Shown: positions 19,273 to 29,286 of the stretch, one piece after another | Numbering within the stretch: the stretch's first letter is position 1 | Layout of the letters: each line of letters starts with the position of its first letter | Origin: a virus | Taxonomy: Duplodnaviria; Caudoviricetes | DNA: 64,000 nucleotides | IMG/VR virus record: IMGVR_UViG_2974592265_000001 | Location: 1-64,000 of that record | Reading direction: 5' to 3' (one strand) | The notes under the pieces: generated by a model | Told to the model about the DNA's origin: nothing | The model's database searches: none | The model's input: only the letters and a program-made list of their open reading frames with translations | Made by a program: the position numbers and the translations under genes

Positions 19273-22200
19273 AACACTTCAAGGAAGACGCTGTAACCAT
19301 CAAGGGATCGGGTGGCGGTAGTTCGAAGAAAAAGCAACACACACCGGTAGAGCAGCCCAACACATTGCGGGCCAAAGTGCGTGGCCGCATCCTTGACCTG
19401 ATTGCCTACGGCCCGATCAAGGGGCTGGTCAACGGGCTGAAGTCCGTGTACCTCGACGACACCCCGGTGGAGAACGAGGACGGCAGCACGAACTTCCAGG
19501 GCATCACGCTGACCACGCGCAACGGCACCCCGGATCAGGACTACATCCCGGGCTTCCGTACCGTCGAGAACACCATCGAGGTCAACGCCGAGGTCAAGCT
19601 GGCGACCCCGGTGATCCGCTCGCTGACCAACAACGACGCCGACGCAGTGGCGGTCACCGTGCAGCTGGCAGGCTTGGTGCAGCAGCTAGACAACGGCGAC
19701 TCGGTTGGCTACAACGTGCCGATCCTGATCGAGGTGCGCAAGGACGGCGGCGGCTGGGAACAGGCCGTGTCCTACACCATCAACGGCAAGACCACCTCGC
19801 CGTACCCGAAGACGTTCCGCATCGACCTCAAGCACTACGGTCCCGGCGACTTTGACATCCGGGTTCGCCGCGTCACGCAGGAAAGTACCTCCAGCAAGCT
19901 GCAGGACAAGCTGACCTGGACCCTGATCACCGAGATCATCGACCGCCGCTTCAGCTACCCGAACATGGCGCTGGTGGGTATCGACGTCGACTCGGAGCTG
20001 TTCGGCTCGCAGATGCCGGCCCGCTCCTACGACATGTACCTGTCCGAGACCCAGGTCCCTAGCAACTGGGACCCAGAGACCCGGGTGTACACCGGGATCT
20101 GGGACGGTACGTTCAAAGAGGCCTACCACGACAACCCGGCGTGGGCTTACTACGACTTGGCCACGCACCCGATTATCGGCGCCGGGCTGGAGAGCGTCGA
20201 CAAGTGGGAGCTGTACCGGATCGCACAGTACTGTGATGCGCTGGTGCCGGACGGCTACGGCGACATGGAGCCGCGCTTCACCATCAACACCGTGTTCTCC
20301 GCGCAGGAAGACGCCATCACCGCGCTGAACACGCTGGCCAACGTCTTCCGTGGCATGACCTACTGGGGCAACAACACGGTCATCCCGGTGGCTGACATGC
20401 CGGAAGACCCGGTCCTCACCGTAGGGCCTGGCAGCGTGCTGGAAGGTGACTTCACCTACGCCGGCACCAGCATCCGCGAGCGTCACTCCGTTGCGGTGGT
20501 GATGTGGAACGATCCGGACGACGCCGGCAAACCAGTGCCAGAGGTCTACGAAGATCCGATCAGTATCGCTGAGTATGGTTGGAGAGAGACCCGCGTCACC
20601 GCGGTGGGCTGCAACAGCCGAGGCCAGGCACGCCGAATGGCGATGTGGATCTTGGACTCGGAACGTCACGAAACCCAGACGATGTCCTACACCGGCACCA
20701 GTGAACATGCGTTCCTGCGGCCGGGGAACATCATTGAGGTGGCTGACCCGTTCGTCCAAGGGGCTCGGATGTCTGGGCGCCTGCTGGAAGTGGCGGCCAA
20801 TCAGGTCCGCCTGGACAAGGCACCGACCGAGGCGATCGCCCAGATCGGAGGCACTTGGTATCTGTCGGTGATGCTGCCGGACCTGTCGCTGTCGCGGCAT
20901 GAAGTCAGCAGCGTGGACGGTGACGTGATCCACCTGGTGGATCCGCTGGCCACCCTACCACTGGTAGGCGCCATCTGGGGCATGTACAGCGCCGGCCTGC
21001 AGCTGCCGTACTACCGCGTGGTCAGCAACCGTGAAGACCAAGCGACCGGCATGTACCAGATCACCGCCACGGAATACGACCCGAACAAGTACAGCCGCGT
21101 GGAGCTGGGCCTGAACATCCCTGAGCGCCCAATCAGCCTGCTGCCAACCGGACTGATCCCGTCGCCGAGCAATCTGGAGTTCCAGGTCTACACCTACTTC
21201 GCTGGCAGCTCGCGCCACCAAGGCCTGCTGATCAGCTGGGAGCCGCCGCGCGACGTGCGGGTAGAGACCTTTGTGCTCGATGTGAAGGACCCTTCTCAGG
21301 CCGGCTTCCGCACCGTGTACGCAGGGCCTGGCGTTTCCTTCGATCTGACCGATGCCGAAGCGGGCAATTGGACGATCCGTGTGCGCGCCGTGGCGTCCAC
21401 CGGCAAGCTGTCCAACTGGACCTCGCGCAACGTGCAGATCAGCCAGCTGCTGCTGCCGTCGCCACCTGACTCGGTGACTGTCGAAGTCGCCACCTTCAGC
21501 ATCACGCTGACCCCACGCAGTGCCTACCCGGAAGCCATCTGGGAATTCTGGCGCAGCACCGTGGCACTGTCCGCCGAGAACATCGAGACCAACGCCCAAC
21601 AGCTGCCGACCGGTAATTACCTGGTCGATGCCAACCTCAAGCCGGACACGCAGTACTACTACTACGTGCGCGGCACCAACCAGTACGGCAAGTCGACGTG
21701 GTTCGGCGTGCAGGGCAAGACCCTGAACAACTTCGACGACATCCTCGACGCAGTACTGGAGGACGTCACCAACGGCGAACTGTTCGAGCTGATCAACTCG
21801 CAGATCGACACCAAGGCCACCCAGATCGCCATCGACGAGGCCAACGCCATCGTCAACCAAGCGATGATCGGGGTGAACGAACAGCTGACCCTGGTCAACA
21901 CCAACATCACCGCCATTGAAGGCGAGATCACTGATCTGCGCTCCGATGTGGACGGCCAGCTGGAGGTGGTCAACGACACACTGACCGACCTGCAGGGCCA
22001 GATCGACAACGCCATTGACGCGCTGGAATACCTCAACACCAACGCTTACGTGGCGGGTAACTTCGTCAAGGTCGGCAGCAGTCTGTACCAGGCCAAGATC
22101 GACGTTCCGGCTGACCCTACCAACGCCAAAGCGCCACCGAACGGCACCTACTGGCGTGATGCCGGGTCGGTGATCTCGTCGGCGGACGGACTAGCTGCAC

Positions 22201-25200
22201 GGGTCACCGTCAACGAGGCCAGCATCACCTCCATCAACGGCACGCTGACCGCACAGGCCACGACGATCACCGGCATTCAGTCCACGCTGAACGGCAAGGC
22301 TGACGCTTCGGCGCTGACCTCGCTGACCACGCGCGTGACTGCTGCTGAAGGGCTGATCACCAGCCAAGGCAGTGCGATCACCTCGCTGACCAGCACGGTG
22401 GCAGGCAAGGCGGACTCTTCCGCACTGAACGCACTGACCACCCGCGTCACCGCTGCCGAGGGCACCATCACCTCGCAAGGCAGCGCGCTCACCAGCCTGA
22501 CCAGCACGGTGAACAATAAGGCAGACGCTTCGGCGGTCAACGCGCTGACCACCCGCGTCACCGCGGCGGAAGGCACGATCGTATCCCAGAGCGGCGCCAT
22601 TACTGACCTGACCAGCGCAGTGGGCACCAAGGCAGATGCTTCGGCGCTGAGCGCGCTGACCACCAGGGTGAGCACGGCCGAAGGCACCCTTACCAGCCAG
22701 GGCAGCTCGATTACCTCGCTGAGCAACACGCTGAACACCCTGAGCGGTTCCGGCACCAACCTGCTGGTCGACACCTACAGCTGGTTGTCCAGTCTGGTCC
22801 TGCCAGACATGGAAACCAGTTTGGTTACCGTCGCAGGCGTGGCCATCGCCGGATCTGCCTCTGGCTTCGGCATCCGTGCCACGTCGTCCAGCAACAACAC
22901 GGCGCAGGAGTTCATGCTGGTCCCGTTCAACAGCGCGGCGGGCTGGAACCTCCCGCTGGAGGCTGGTAACTACCTGCTGTCCTTCTACGCCTCGTCGGCC
23001 ACCGCGGCGACCGTGCGCATGGCGCTGTACGACGGCGTCCTGCGCTACAGCCTAAGCCAGGCACTGACGACGACCCGCACCCGCTACACCCTGCTGATCA
23101 CCATTCCGGCGGCGACCAAGGCGGGCTTCACCGTCTACCCGAACATGCTCGGCTCGGCCAGCATCAACATCCTGTTCGACTCGTTCATGATCGAGAAGCA
23201 GGCAGGTAACGGCGTCGTGGGCTCCCCATTCGTGGCCGGCCCAAGCGCGCAGGCAGTGGCGGCTAACAGCGCCGCCCTGACCGGGCTGACCACTCGCGTC
23301 ACCGCTGCAGAAGGCACGATCACCAGCCAGGCGGGGTCCTTGGTCTCGCTGAACAGCACGATCAACGCCCTCGGCGGCACCGGCACCAACCTGGTGCCAG
23401 CGGAGTACTCCTCGTTCAGCTCTACCCTACCGCCCATCTACAAAGGTCCGGCAATCACGGTCGCTTCCGAGACTGACGCCACCTCGTACTCGGGTTCCGC
23501 GCTGAAGATCACTTCGGCAGCGACCGGCTCCAACTACCTCTACCTGGCCGACGCGATCGACGACTTCAACATGCGTCTGGTGCCAGGCGGCAAGTACATC
23601 GTCTCGTTCACTGCCCGGGCCGACGTGGCCAAGCTCATGCGGGTACGGGTACGCGCGCCGAACTCCGGGGGCTCGCCAATCGAGACCACGCTGAGCGACG
23701 TGTCCGTCACCACCACGGCAACCCGCTTCAGCTTCCTGGCCACCATGCCGGCCGCCGTTGTGGATCGTGGCGTGCTGGTTTTCTACCCGACTCAGCCAGT
23801 GGCTGCAGGTACGACGTACCTCACCGACATCATGGTGGAGAAGCAGGTCGGCAACTCGGTCAACCCTAGCGAGTTTGTGCCGGGCAACTCGGCACGCGCT
23901 GACATCGTCTCGGCGACCGCGATCAGCTCGATGGACACCCGGGTGACCTCGGCTGAAGGCACGATCACCAGCCACACCGGTTCGATCACTACGCTGACCA
24001 ACAGCATCGCAGGCAAGGCGGACGCCTCGGCGCTGAGTCTCCTGTCGGGCACCGTCACCACCCAAGGCAACACCATCGACAGCCACAGCGGACAGCTGAC
24101 CTCGCTGGGTAACATCGCATACGGCTTGAGCACCGAAAACCTGATCTCTGACCCGACGTTCTTCGCCGGGGCTCCGGTGATCGTGAACTCCGGCACCGTG
24201 GCCACCGTGGTGCAGCGTACCGACGGCGGTGTTCCGGCCGGCGGCCCAACCATGCGCCTGGGCAAGCTGGCTGTACCGACGATTGCCGGTAACAACTACA
24301 TCCGCTTCAACCCGCTGGAGAGTCGCAAGGACGCTACCACCCGCCTGTCTGTGATCGGCGGTGAGGTCTACTACTTCTCCATCGACGTGTACAAGGCAGG
24401 CTCCGGCGGCCGACAGATGGGCCTGTGGGCGCAGCCTTACGGCGCGGCCAGCGAGATCATCGACCACGACTGGATGGTAGCCAGCCCGGTCAGCATCTCC
24501 ACCACGGACAACGCCTGGGTCACCCTGAACGGCATGGTCACCATCCCGGCCGGGGCCAACTCGATCAACCTGAACCTGCGGGTCAGCAACGGCAACGCGG
24601 TCACCATCTACTTCGCCAACCCGAAGCTGTACAAGCGCAGCGCTGAGCAGTCGGCCACCTCCACCGCCATCACTGCGCTGGACTCCCGCGTAGGGGTCAC
24701 CGAAGGCACACTGACCAGCCAAGGCGCGGCGATCACCTCGCTGACCAACACGGTCAACGTCGTCGGCGGCACCGGCAGCAACCTGGTGCCGGTCGAGTAC
24801 TGCACGTTCAAGCAGGAAGGCCTGCCACCGATGGCCACGCGCGTGAGCACCAGCCTGTCGCTGCTGCTGAACACCAAGGCGTACAACGGCTGGTCGCTGA
24901 TGGTCACCGACACGCTGACCGCCGCCGGCTACTTCAGCCTGTTCGCCCACATCGACGACATGAACCTGCGGATGAAGCCGCTGCAGAAGTACATCGTGTC
25001 GTTCTGGGGGATGGCGGACGAAGTCCGCACCATCAACATCCGCCTTCGCTTCGTCAACGCCGCCGGCACCCACGTCGAAGGCGTGGTCGGCAGCGTCACC
25101 CTGAACCCGACTTGGCAGCGCGTCAGCACGGTCATCACCGCGCCGTCGACCGTGGTGGACGAGGCTGAGATCCTGTTCTACACCAACCCGGTCAGCGTGC

Positions 25201-26786
25201 CGTCGTCGTCGCACTTCGACGGATTCATGGTCGAGGAACAGGTCGGCCCGTCCACGCAGCCGTCGTCCTTCGTGCCAGGCTCGGCGACTACCGCCCTGAC
25301 AGCCACCGCCGCCGCGATCACCTCGCTGACCACCCGGGTGACCTCTGCTGAGGGCACGATCACCAGCCAGGCAGGCGCAGTCACCGCGATTCAGGCCTCC
25401 TTGGCGGCAGGCGGAGGCGCGGGTAGCAACCTGGTGCCGGACACCTACAGCTGGCCGACCAGCACCACGCTGCCAGCCGTGGTCACCAGTAGCACCGCGC
25501 CAACCCTGACGCTGATCGGGGTAGCCGTGGCCGCTGCTCAGTCCGGGTTTGGCTTCAAGACCACTTCCGGTTCCACCGCCACCACGCTGTGGTACTTGCT
25601 GTGCCCTAGCAATGGGGCATCCGGCTACAACATGGCGCTGGAGCCTGGCAACTACATGGTGTCGTACTACGCCTCGGCACCCGGCGCAGCGCGGATGCAG
25701 GTGCGTCTGTACGACGGCGCTGCAGGACCTATCAGCGGCGTGCAGATCCTGACCACCACACGCACCCGTTACACCGCGATCCTGAACGTACCGGCGACGA
25801 TGAAAGCCGGCCTGATGATTTACCCGAACGCCGCGGGGATCAACGGCACTCAGGTCACCGTCGACTCGGTCATGGTCGAGAAGATGAACAGTGGCGCCAC
25901 CACAGCTGCCCCGTCGCCGTTCGTAGCAGGCCCTGCAGCGGAGCGCGTCACTGCGCAGGCCTCAGCCATCTCCTCGATGGACACTCGGGTGACTTCGGCG
26001 GAAGGCACGATCACGTCGCAGTCCAGCTCGATCACCAGCCTGACCTCGCGCGTCGGCACCGCTGAGGCCAACATCACCACCACCGCGACCACGCTGGCCA
26101 GCACCAACGGCACGCTGACCTCGATGTGGGCGATGAAGATCAACACCAACGTCAACGGCAAGAACTTCATTGCCGGGATGGGGGCGGGCATCACCACGGT
26201 CGGCGGTATCACCCAGTCGGAGATCTTGTTCCAGGCTGACCGCTTCGCCCTGCTGAACACCAGCACCAACGGCATCCAGATGCCGTTCTTCATCGAGAGT
26301 GGGATCACTTACATCACCTCGGCGATGATCAAGAACGCCTCGATCATGGCGGCGCAGATCGCCAGTGCGCAGATCAACACGGGCCACATCGGCACCGCAC
26401 AGATCATCACAGCACACATCGCAGACGCGCAGATCACCAACGCCAAAATCGGCAGCCTGGCAGTGGACACGCTGAAGATCGCCGGCAACGCCGTAACGGT
26501 GCCAGTAGCCTCGTACACCACGACGCCGTCGGTGACGGTGGTGATCACGATCGACGCCAACTACCCGATCATGGTGATCGGCTCGCTGACCCAGGCGAAC
26601 TTCTCTACCATCTCGCTAAAGCGCAACGGTGTGCAGCTGTGGTCTGAGGTGCCGGTGGCCGGCACGGTCTGCTGCCGAGGGATCGTGGACAGCCCGGGCG
26701 CCGGTACACATACTTACGTCCTGGCCTCGACCCACAGCGGTAACGTGAACGGGTCCTCACTCATTCTACTGGCGTGCAAAAAATGA
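19269..26786 (+). CDS. Tail tip/central fibre host-specificity protein J (2505 aa) with FN3, coiled-coil repeats and five carbohydrate-binding-like beta domains
   Basis: GPIKGLVNG...DNPAW...EPRFT gpJ core; FN3 repeats; TRVTAAEG repeats; C-terminal FQADRFA motif; TTG start overlapping the upstream TGA. Confidence 0.92.
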   Translation: MKHFKEDAVTIKGSGGGSSKKKQHTPVEQPNTLRAKVRGRILDLIAYGPIKGLVNGLKSVYLDDTPVENEDGSTNFQGITLTTRNGTPDQDYIPGFRTVENTIEVNAEVKLATPVIRSLTNNDADAVAVTVQLAGLVQQLDNGDSVGYNVPILIEVRKDGGGWEQAVSYTINGKTTSPYPKTFRIDLKHYGPGDFDIRVRRVTQESTSSKLQDKLTWTLITEIIDRRFSYPNMALVGIDVDSELFGSQMPARSYDMYLSETQVPSNWDPETRVYTGIWDGTFKEAYHDNPAWAYYDLATHPIIGAGLESVDKWELYRIAQYCDALVPDGYGDMEPRFTINTVFSAQEDAITALNTLANVFRGMTYWGNNTVIPVADMPEDPVLTVGPGSVLEGDFTYAGTSIRERHSVAVVMWNDPDDAGKPVPEVYEDPISIAEYGWRETRVTAVGCNSRGQARRMAMWILDSERHETQTMSYTGTSEHAFLRPGNIIEVADPFVQGARMSGRLLEVAANQVRLDKAPTEAIAQIGGTWYLSVMLPDLSLSRHEVSSVDGDVIHLVDPLATLPLVGAIWGMYSAGLQLPYYRVVSNREDQATGMYQITATEYDPNKYSRVELGLNIPERPISLLPTGLIPSPSNLEFQVYTYFAGSSRHQGLLISWEPPRDVRVETFVLDVKDPSQAGFRTVYAGPGVSFDLTDAEAGNWTIRVRAVASTGKLSNWTSRNVQISQLLLPSPPDSVTVEVATFSITLTPRSAYPEAIWEFWRSTVALSAENIETNAQQLPTGNYLVDANLKPDTQYYYYVRGTNQYGKSTWFGVQGKTLNNFDDILDAVLEDVTNGELFELINSQIDTKATQIAIDEANAIVNQAMIGVNEQLTLVNTNITAIEGEITDLRSDVDGQLEVVNDTLTDLQGQIDNAIDALEYLNTNAYVAGNFVKVGSSLYQAKIDVPADPTNAKAPPNGTYWRDAGSVISSADGLAARVTVNEASITSINGTLTAQATTITGIQSTLNGKADASALTSLTTRVTAAEGLITSQGSAITSLTSTVAGKADSSALNALTTRVTAAEGTITSQGSALTSLTSTVNNKADASAVNALTTRVTAAEGTIVSQSGAITDLTSAVGTKADASALSALTTRVSTAEGTLTSQGSSITSLSNTLNTLSGSGTNLLVDTYSWLSSLVLPDMETSLVTVAGVAIAGSASGFGIRATSSSNNTAQEFMLVPFNSAAGWNLPLEAGNYLLSFYASSATAATVRMALYDGVLRYSLSQALTTTRTRYTLLITIPAATKAGFTVYPNMLGSASINILFDSFMIEKQAGNGVVGSPFVAGPSAQAVAANSAALTGLTTRVTAAEGTITSQAGSLVSLNSTINALGGTGTNLVPAEYSSFSSTLPPIYKGPAITVASETDATSYSGSALKITSAATGSNYLYLADAIDDFNMRLVPGGKYIVSFTARADVAKLMRVRVRAPNSGGSPIETTLSDVSVTTTATRFSFLATMPAAVVDRGVLVFYPTQPVAAGTTYLTDIMVEKQVGNSVNPSEFVPGNSARADIVSATAISSMDTRVTSAEGTITSHTGSITTLTNSIAGKADASALSLLSGTVTTQGNTIDSHSGQLTSLGNIAYGLSTENLISDPTFFAGAPVIVNSGTVATVVQRTDGGVPAGGPTMRLGKLAVPTIAGNNYIRFNPLESRKDATTRLSVIGGEVYYFSIDVYKAGSGGRQMGLWAQPYGAASEIIDHDWMVASPVSISTTDNAWVTLNGMVTIPAGANSINLNLRVSNGNAVTIYFANPKLYKRSAEQSATSTAITALDSRVGVTEGTLTSQGAAITSLTNTVNVVGGTGSNLVPVEYCTFKQEGLPPMATRVSTSLSLLLNTKAYNGWSLMVTDTLTAAGYFSLFAHIDDMNLRMKPLQKYIVSFWGMADEVRTINIRLRFVNAAGTHVEGVVGSVTLNPTWQRVSTVITAPSTVVDEAEILFYTNPVSVPSSSHFDGFMVEEQVGPSTQPSSFVPGSATTALTATAAAITSLTTRVTSAEGTITSQAGAVTAIQASLAAGGGAGSNLVPDTYSWPTSTTLPAVVTSSTAPTLTLIGVAVAAAQSGFGFKTTSGSTATTLWYLLCPSNGASGYNMALEPGNYMVSYYASAPGAARMQVRLYDGAAGPISGVQILTTTRTRYTAILNVPATMKAGLMIYPNAAGINGTQVTVDSVMVEKMNSGATTAAPSPFVAGPAAERVTAQASAISSMDTRVTSAEGTITSQSSSITSLTSRVGTAEANITTTATTLASTNGTLTSMWAMKINTNVNGKNFIAGMGAGITTVGGITQSEILFQADRFALLNTSTNGIQMPFFIESGITYITSAMIKNASIMAAQIASAQINTGHIGTAQIITAHIADAQITNAKIGSLAVDTLKIAGNAVTVPVASYTTTPSVTVVITIDANYPIMVIGSLTQANFSTISLKRNGVQLWSEVPVAGTVCCRGIVDSPGAGTHTYVLASTHSGNVNGSSLILLACKK
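22267..22710 (+). repeat. Four tandem ~111-bp (37-aa) coiled-coil repeats in gpJ
   Basis: ...KAD(A/S)SALxxLTTRVTAAEGxIxSQGSAIxxLT recurs with 111-nt period. Confidence 0.85.
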
Positions 26787-27115
26787 CTAGTGTTGTGCAC
26801 TTCTTTGTAACGGATGACCAAGACGTGGTCATCCAGGTGGGTTCATCTCAAGAGACGTTGCTTGAGGTGAACGCCGTGCCTGGCACCATCCACTTCGGCG
26901 ATGCCCCTCACGGGACGTTCAAATACATCAACGGGGAGTTTGTGCATTACGAGAGGGAGCTGGCCTACGACGCAGCGCGTCAGAAGGAGTACCCGCAGGT
27001 GACAGCCCAGTTGGATGCGTTGTGGCATGCAATGGACCGGGGGGAGCTGCCCAAGGTCGCCGGGTTCTACGACGAGATCAAGGAAGTGAAGGACAAATAT
27101 GTCAAGCCTGAATAG
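26783..27115 (+). CDS. Tail fibre-associated/assembly protein
   Basis: ATGA overlap with gpJ; C-terminal RQKEYP...QLDALWH...VKDKY motif typical of proteins following fibres. Confidence 0.55.
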   Translation: MTSVVHFFVTDDQDVVIQVGSSQETLLEVNAVPGTIHFGDAPHGTFKYINGEFVHYERELAYDAARQKEYPQVTAQLDALWHAMDRGELPKVAGFYDEIKEVKDKYVKPE

Positions 27116-27183
27116 TCAGGCTTGAGTAAGATAGCGACTCATTACATGAACCAGCAGTACACACCATTGGTAGCGGAAAAAGG

Positions 27184-27408
27184 ATGACCGACATGAGCTT
27201 TGTTGCCGTCAATTACACCAACGCATTCGACCTGATCAATGCCAAACCCTTCGCCAGCTTCGAGGAGGCGGATGCCGCTGCACGAGAAGCGCTGCTTGAT
27301 GCGCCCAAGGCCACCATCAAGGTGCTGGAGATCAAGCAGGTCTACACCGCGACCGTCACGGTCAGCTCCGCCAACCCTGAGCCCGTAGAGCCTGCTCCGC
27401 AGGAATAA
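27184..27408 (+). CDS. Hypothetical protein
   Basis: 74 aa, phage codon use, AAAAGG upstream. Confidence 0.55.
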   Translation: MTDMSFVAVNYTNAFDLINAKPFASFEEADAAAREALLDAPKATIKVLEIKQVYTATVTVSSANPEPVEPAPQE

Positions 27409-27507
27409 TCAGCGACGACCCTGCCGATGGAAGCCACCCCAGTCACCTTGTGACTGAGGTGGCAAACGGCTATCCTTCGGCCACACGTTATAGGGAAATA
27501 ACAGCTG

Positions 27508-27903
27508 ATGACTACTGATCCAGCTTCGCATACAGGGTGGCTGACGGTCTCTGCAGTCTACGTGTGGGCCATTATCGAACAGCTACACCCTGGCTCAGCG
27601 ATGGGTGCCTCCTTCGGCTGCGTGTTCTTCGTCTTACTGCCTGATCCAGTTGTATCCTCTTGGTTACTAAAACTTATCCGAAAAATAGGACTCACAGTTG
27701 TGTCCTGGGGGTTCGGCTACGCCGTGGGGATTGCGTTCTCCAACGGCAGTTCAATGCTCGCTGCACTGATCGGTGCCGCGGTTGCTTCGGGGGTTCTTGG
27801 CGCGCTCAACTTGATGGTCAAGAACGATGGCGACCTGCCGCAATGGATGTCGTCTCTGATTAACGCAATTCTACGGTTGAAGCGAGGCGGCGATGAGCAA
27901 TGA
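27508..27903 (+). CDS. Putative holin (multi-TM)
   Basis: 131 aa with 3-4 hydrophobic segments; first gene of lysis cassette. Confidence 0.7.
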   Translation: MTTDPASHTGWLTVSAVYVWAIIEQLHPGSAMGASFGCVFFVLLPDPVVSSWLLKLIRKIGLTVVSWGFGYAVGIAFSNGSSMLAALIGAAVASGVLGALNLMVKNDGDLPQWMSSLINAILRLKRGGDEQ

Positions 27904-28210
27904 TCCTATGTATGGGGAAGTGCTTCTAAGCATTCGCATAGCGCTGCACATGGTCACGTTCTTTTCAGTGATCTGCTACAGCAGCGAACACCGCACACGT
28001 CCGTTCTCCAGCGTGCTGGCCTTGCTCTTGGCCGGCACATCACTGGCCTTGGCCATGCAGGGGTACACCGGCTTCGCAGCGATCGCAGCGAACTCGGAAA
28101 TCTGGCTGGTGCTGTTCGTTGGTGTAGTGACCATCCTTGTTGTCGCCAACGGCGGCAACGTCGCAAAAGTTCTCCACAACACTCGAAAGAGGCTCCCCTA
28201 TGGACGCTAA
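27893..28210 (+). CDS. Second putative holin/antiholin (3 TM)
   Basis: 105 aa, three hydrophobic helices, ANGGNVAK and basic C-terminus; precedes endolysin. Confidence 0.7.
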   Translation: MSNDPMYGEVLLSIRIALHMVTFFSVICYSSEHRTRPFSSVLALLLAGTSLALAMQGYTGFAAIAANSEIWLVLFVGVVTILVVANGGNVAKVLHNTRKRLPYGR

Positions 28211-28742
28211 GACTCTGGCCGCCGCCACGGGTATTCCGTTGGCGCGCGCACAGAAGTGGGAAGGACCCATCAGCGAAGCCATCACCTACGCCGACATCAC
28301 GTTGGCCAGGTCGATCGCCTCGTTCCTCGCCCAGACCGGGCATGAAAGCATGAGCTTCACCCGCACCAAGGAGATGGGTGACGACAAGTACCTCAGCCAG
28401 TACGACACCGGTAAGAAGGCCGAGCGCCTGGGCAACACGCCGGAGGCCGATGGCGACGGACAGCTGTACGCCGGCCGTGGGCTGATTCAGGTCACTGGCA
28501 AGAGTAACTACCGCCAGTGCAGCCTCGACCTGTTCGGGGATGAGCGCCTGGTGGATCATCCTCAGCTCCTCGAGGAGCCACGCTACGCAGCCCTGTCGGC
28601 GGCGTGGTACTGGAAGAAGAAGAAGCTGAACAGCCTGTCCAACGACATCATGGCGCAGACCCAGCGAATCAACGGCGGCCTGAACGGCATCGAAGATCGC
28701 AAGAAGCGCATGAGCCTGGCGCTCAAAGCGTTGGCTGCATGA
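28200..28742 (+). CDS. Endolysin, glycoside hydrolase family 19
   Basis: FLAQTGHES, GRGLIQVTGKSNY, SAAWYW, INGGLNG GH19 motifs. Confidence 0.93.
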   Translation: MDAKTLAAATGIPLARAQKWEGPISEAITYADITLARSIASFLAQTGHESMSFTRTKEMGDDKYLSQYDTGKKAERLGNTPEADGDGQLYAGRGLIQVTGKSNYRQCSLDLFGDERLVDHPQLLEEPRYAALSAAWYWKKKKLNSLSNDIMAQTQRINGGLNGIEDRKKRMSLALKALAA

Positions 28743-29278
28743 TGTTCGACCTACGCGCCGTGATCATCGCTGCCCTGTCCGCTCTGGTGATCGGGGCAGG
28801 TGTCGGCGCGTGGGTCGCTTGGGGCGTTCGCGCGACCCAGGCTGACCTCGACCTGCTTGGGCTGCGCAACACCTATGACACCGCCACCGCCGCGGCCAAG
28901 GATGAATCCCGCAGCGCGGAGCAGGCCTTGCAGCGGCAGATCGACGACCTGAGCGAGAAGGCCCGCGATGACCGCCACGAGATTGATACTGATGTCGCTG
29001 TTGCTGGCGACACTACTGACGGCCTGCTGCACGCAGCCGCCAACCTACGTTACAGCGCCTCCGCCTGTGATCCCGGCGTTGCCCGCCGAGGCCAGGCAGC
29101 CACCAAGGCCGCCCTTCTGTACTCCGAGCTGCTTGAAGAAACTCAGCGATTGGCAAAGGGATTGGCAGAAGAAGCTGAGCGAACCCGAGCTGCAGGCGCC
29201 ACTTGTGAAGTCGCCTACGACGGGGTGAAGCAAAAATATGGGGAGTTGTGGCATGAAAGGACCGGTAGTGACCGGTAG
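28739..29278 (+). CDS. Rz: i-spanin (Rz-like)
   Basis: N-terminal TM then coiled coil; C-terminal AGATCEVAYD; after endolysin. Confidence 0.85.
   Translation: MMFDLRAVIIAALSALVIGAGVGAWVAWGVRATQADLDLLGLRNTYDTATAAAKDESRSAEQALQRQIDDLSEKARDDRHEIDTDVAVAGDTTDGLLHAAANLRYSASACDPGVARRGQAATKAALLYSELLEETQRLAKGLAEEAERTRAAGATCEVAYDGVKQKYGELWHERTGSDR
28992..29228 (+). CDS. Rz1: o-spanin lipoprotein (Rz1-like) embedded in Rz
   Basis: MSLLLATLLTA-C lipobox, Pro-rich mature region, alternative frame fully inside Rz. Confidence 0.82.
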   Translation: MSLLLATLLTACCTQPPTYVTAPPPVIPALPAEARQPPRPPFCTPSCLKKLSDWQRDWQKKLSEPELQAPLVKSPTTG

Positions 29279-29286
29279 GTGAAGGG

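Noticed and set aside
22190-26060. Repeats in gpJ as a CRISPR array or DGR template/variable repeat
   Set aside because: Repeats are in-frame coiled-coil coding units with synonymous variation; no unique spacers, no adenine-specific divergence, no reverse transcriptase seen
22-28559. Long antisense ORFs opposite structural genes (e.g. 22-1782, 1897-3438, 11021-12427, 12467-14095, 23427-25214)
   Set aside because: Shadow ORFs expected from GC-rich, codon-biased sense genes; no motifs or RBS
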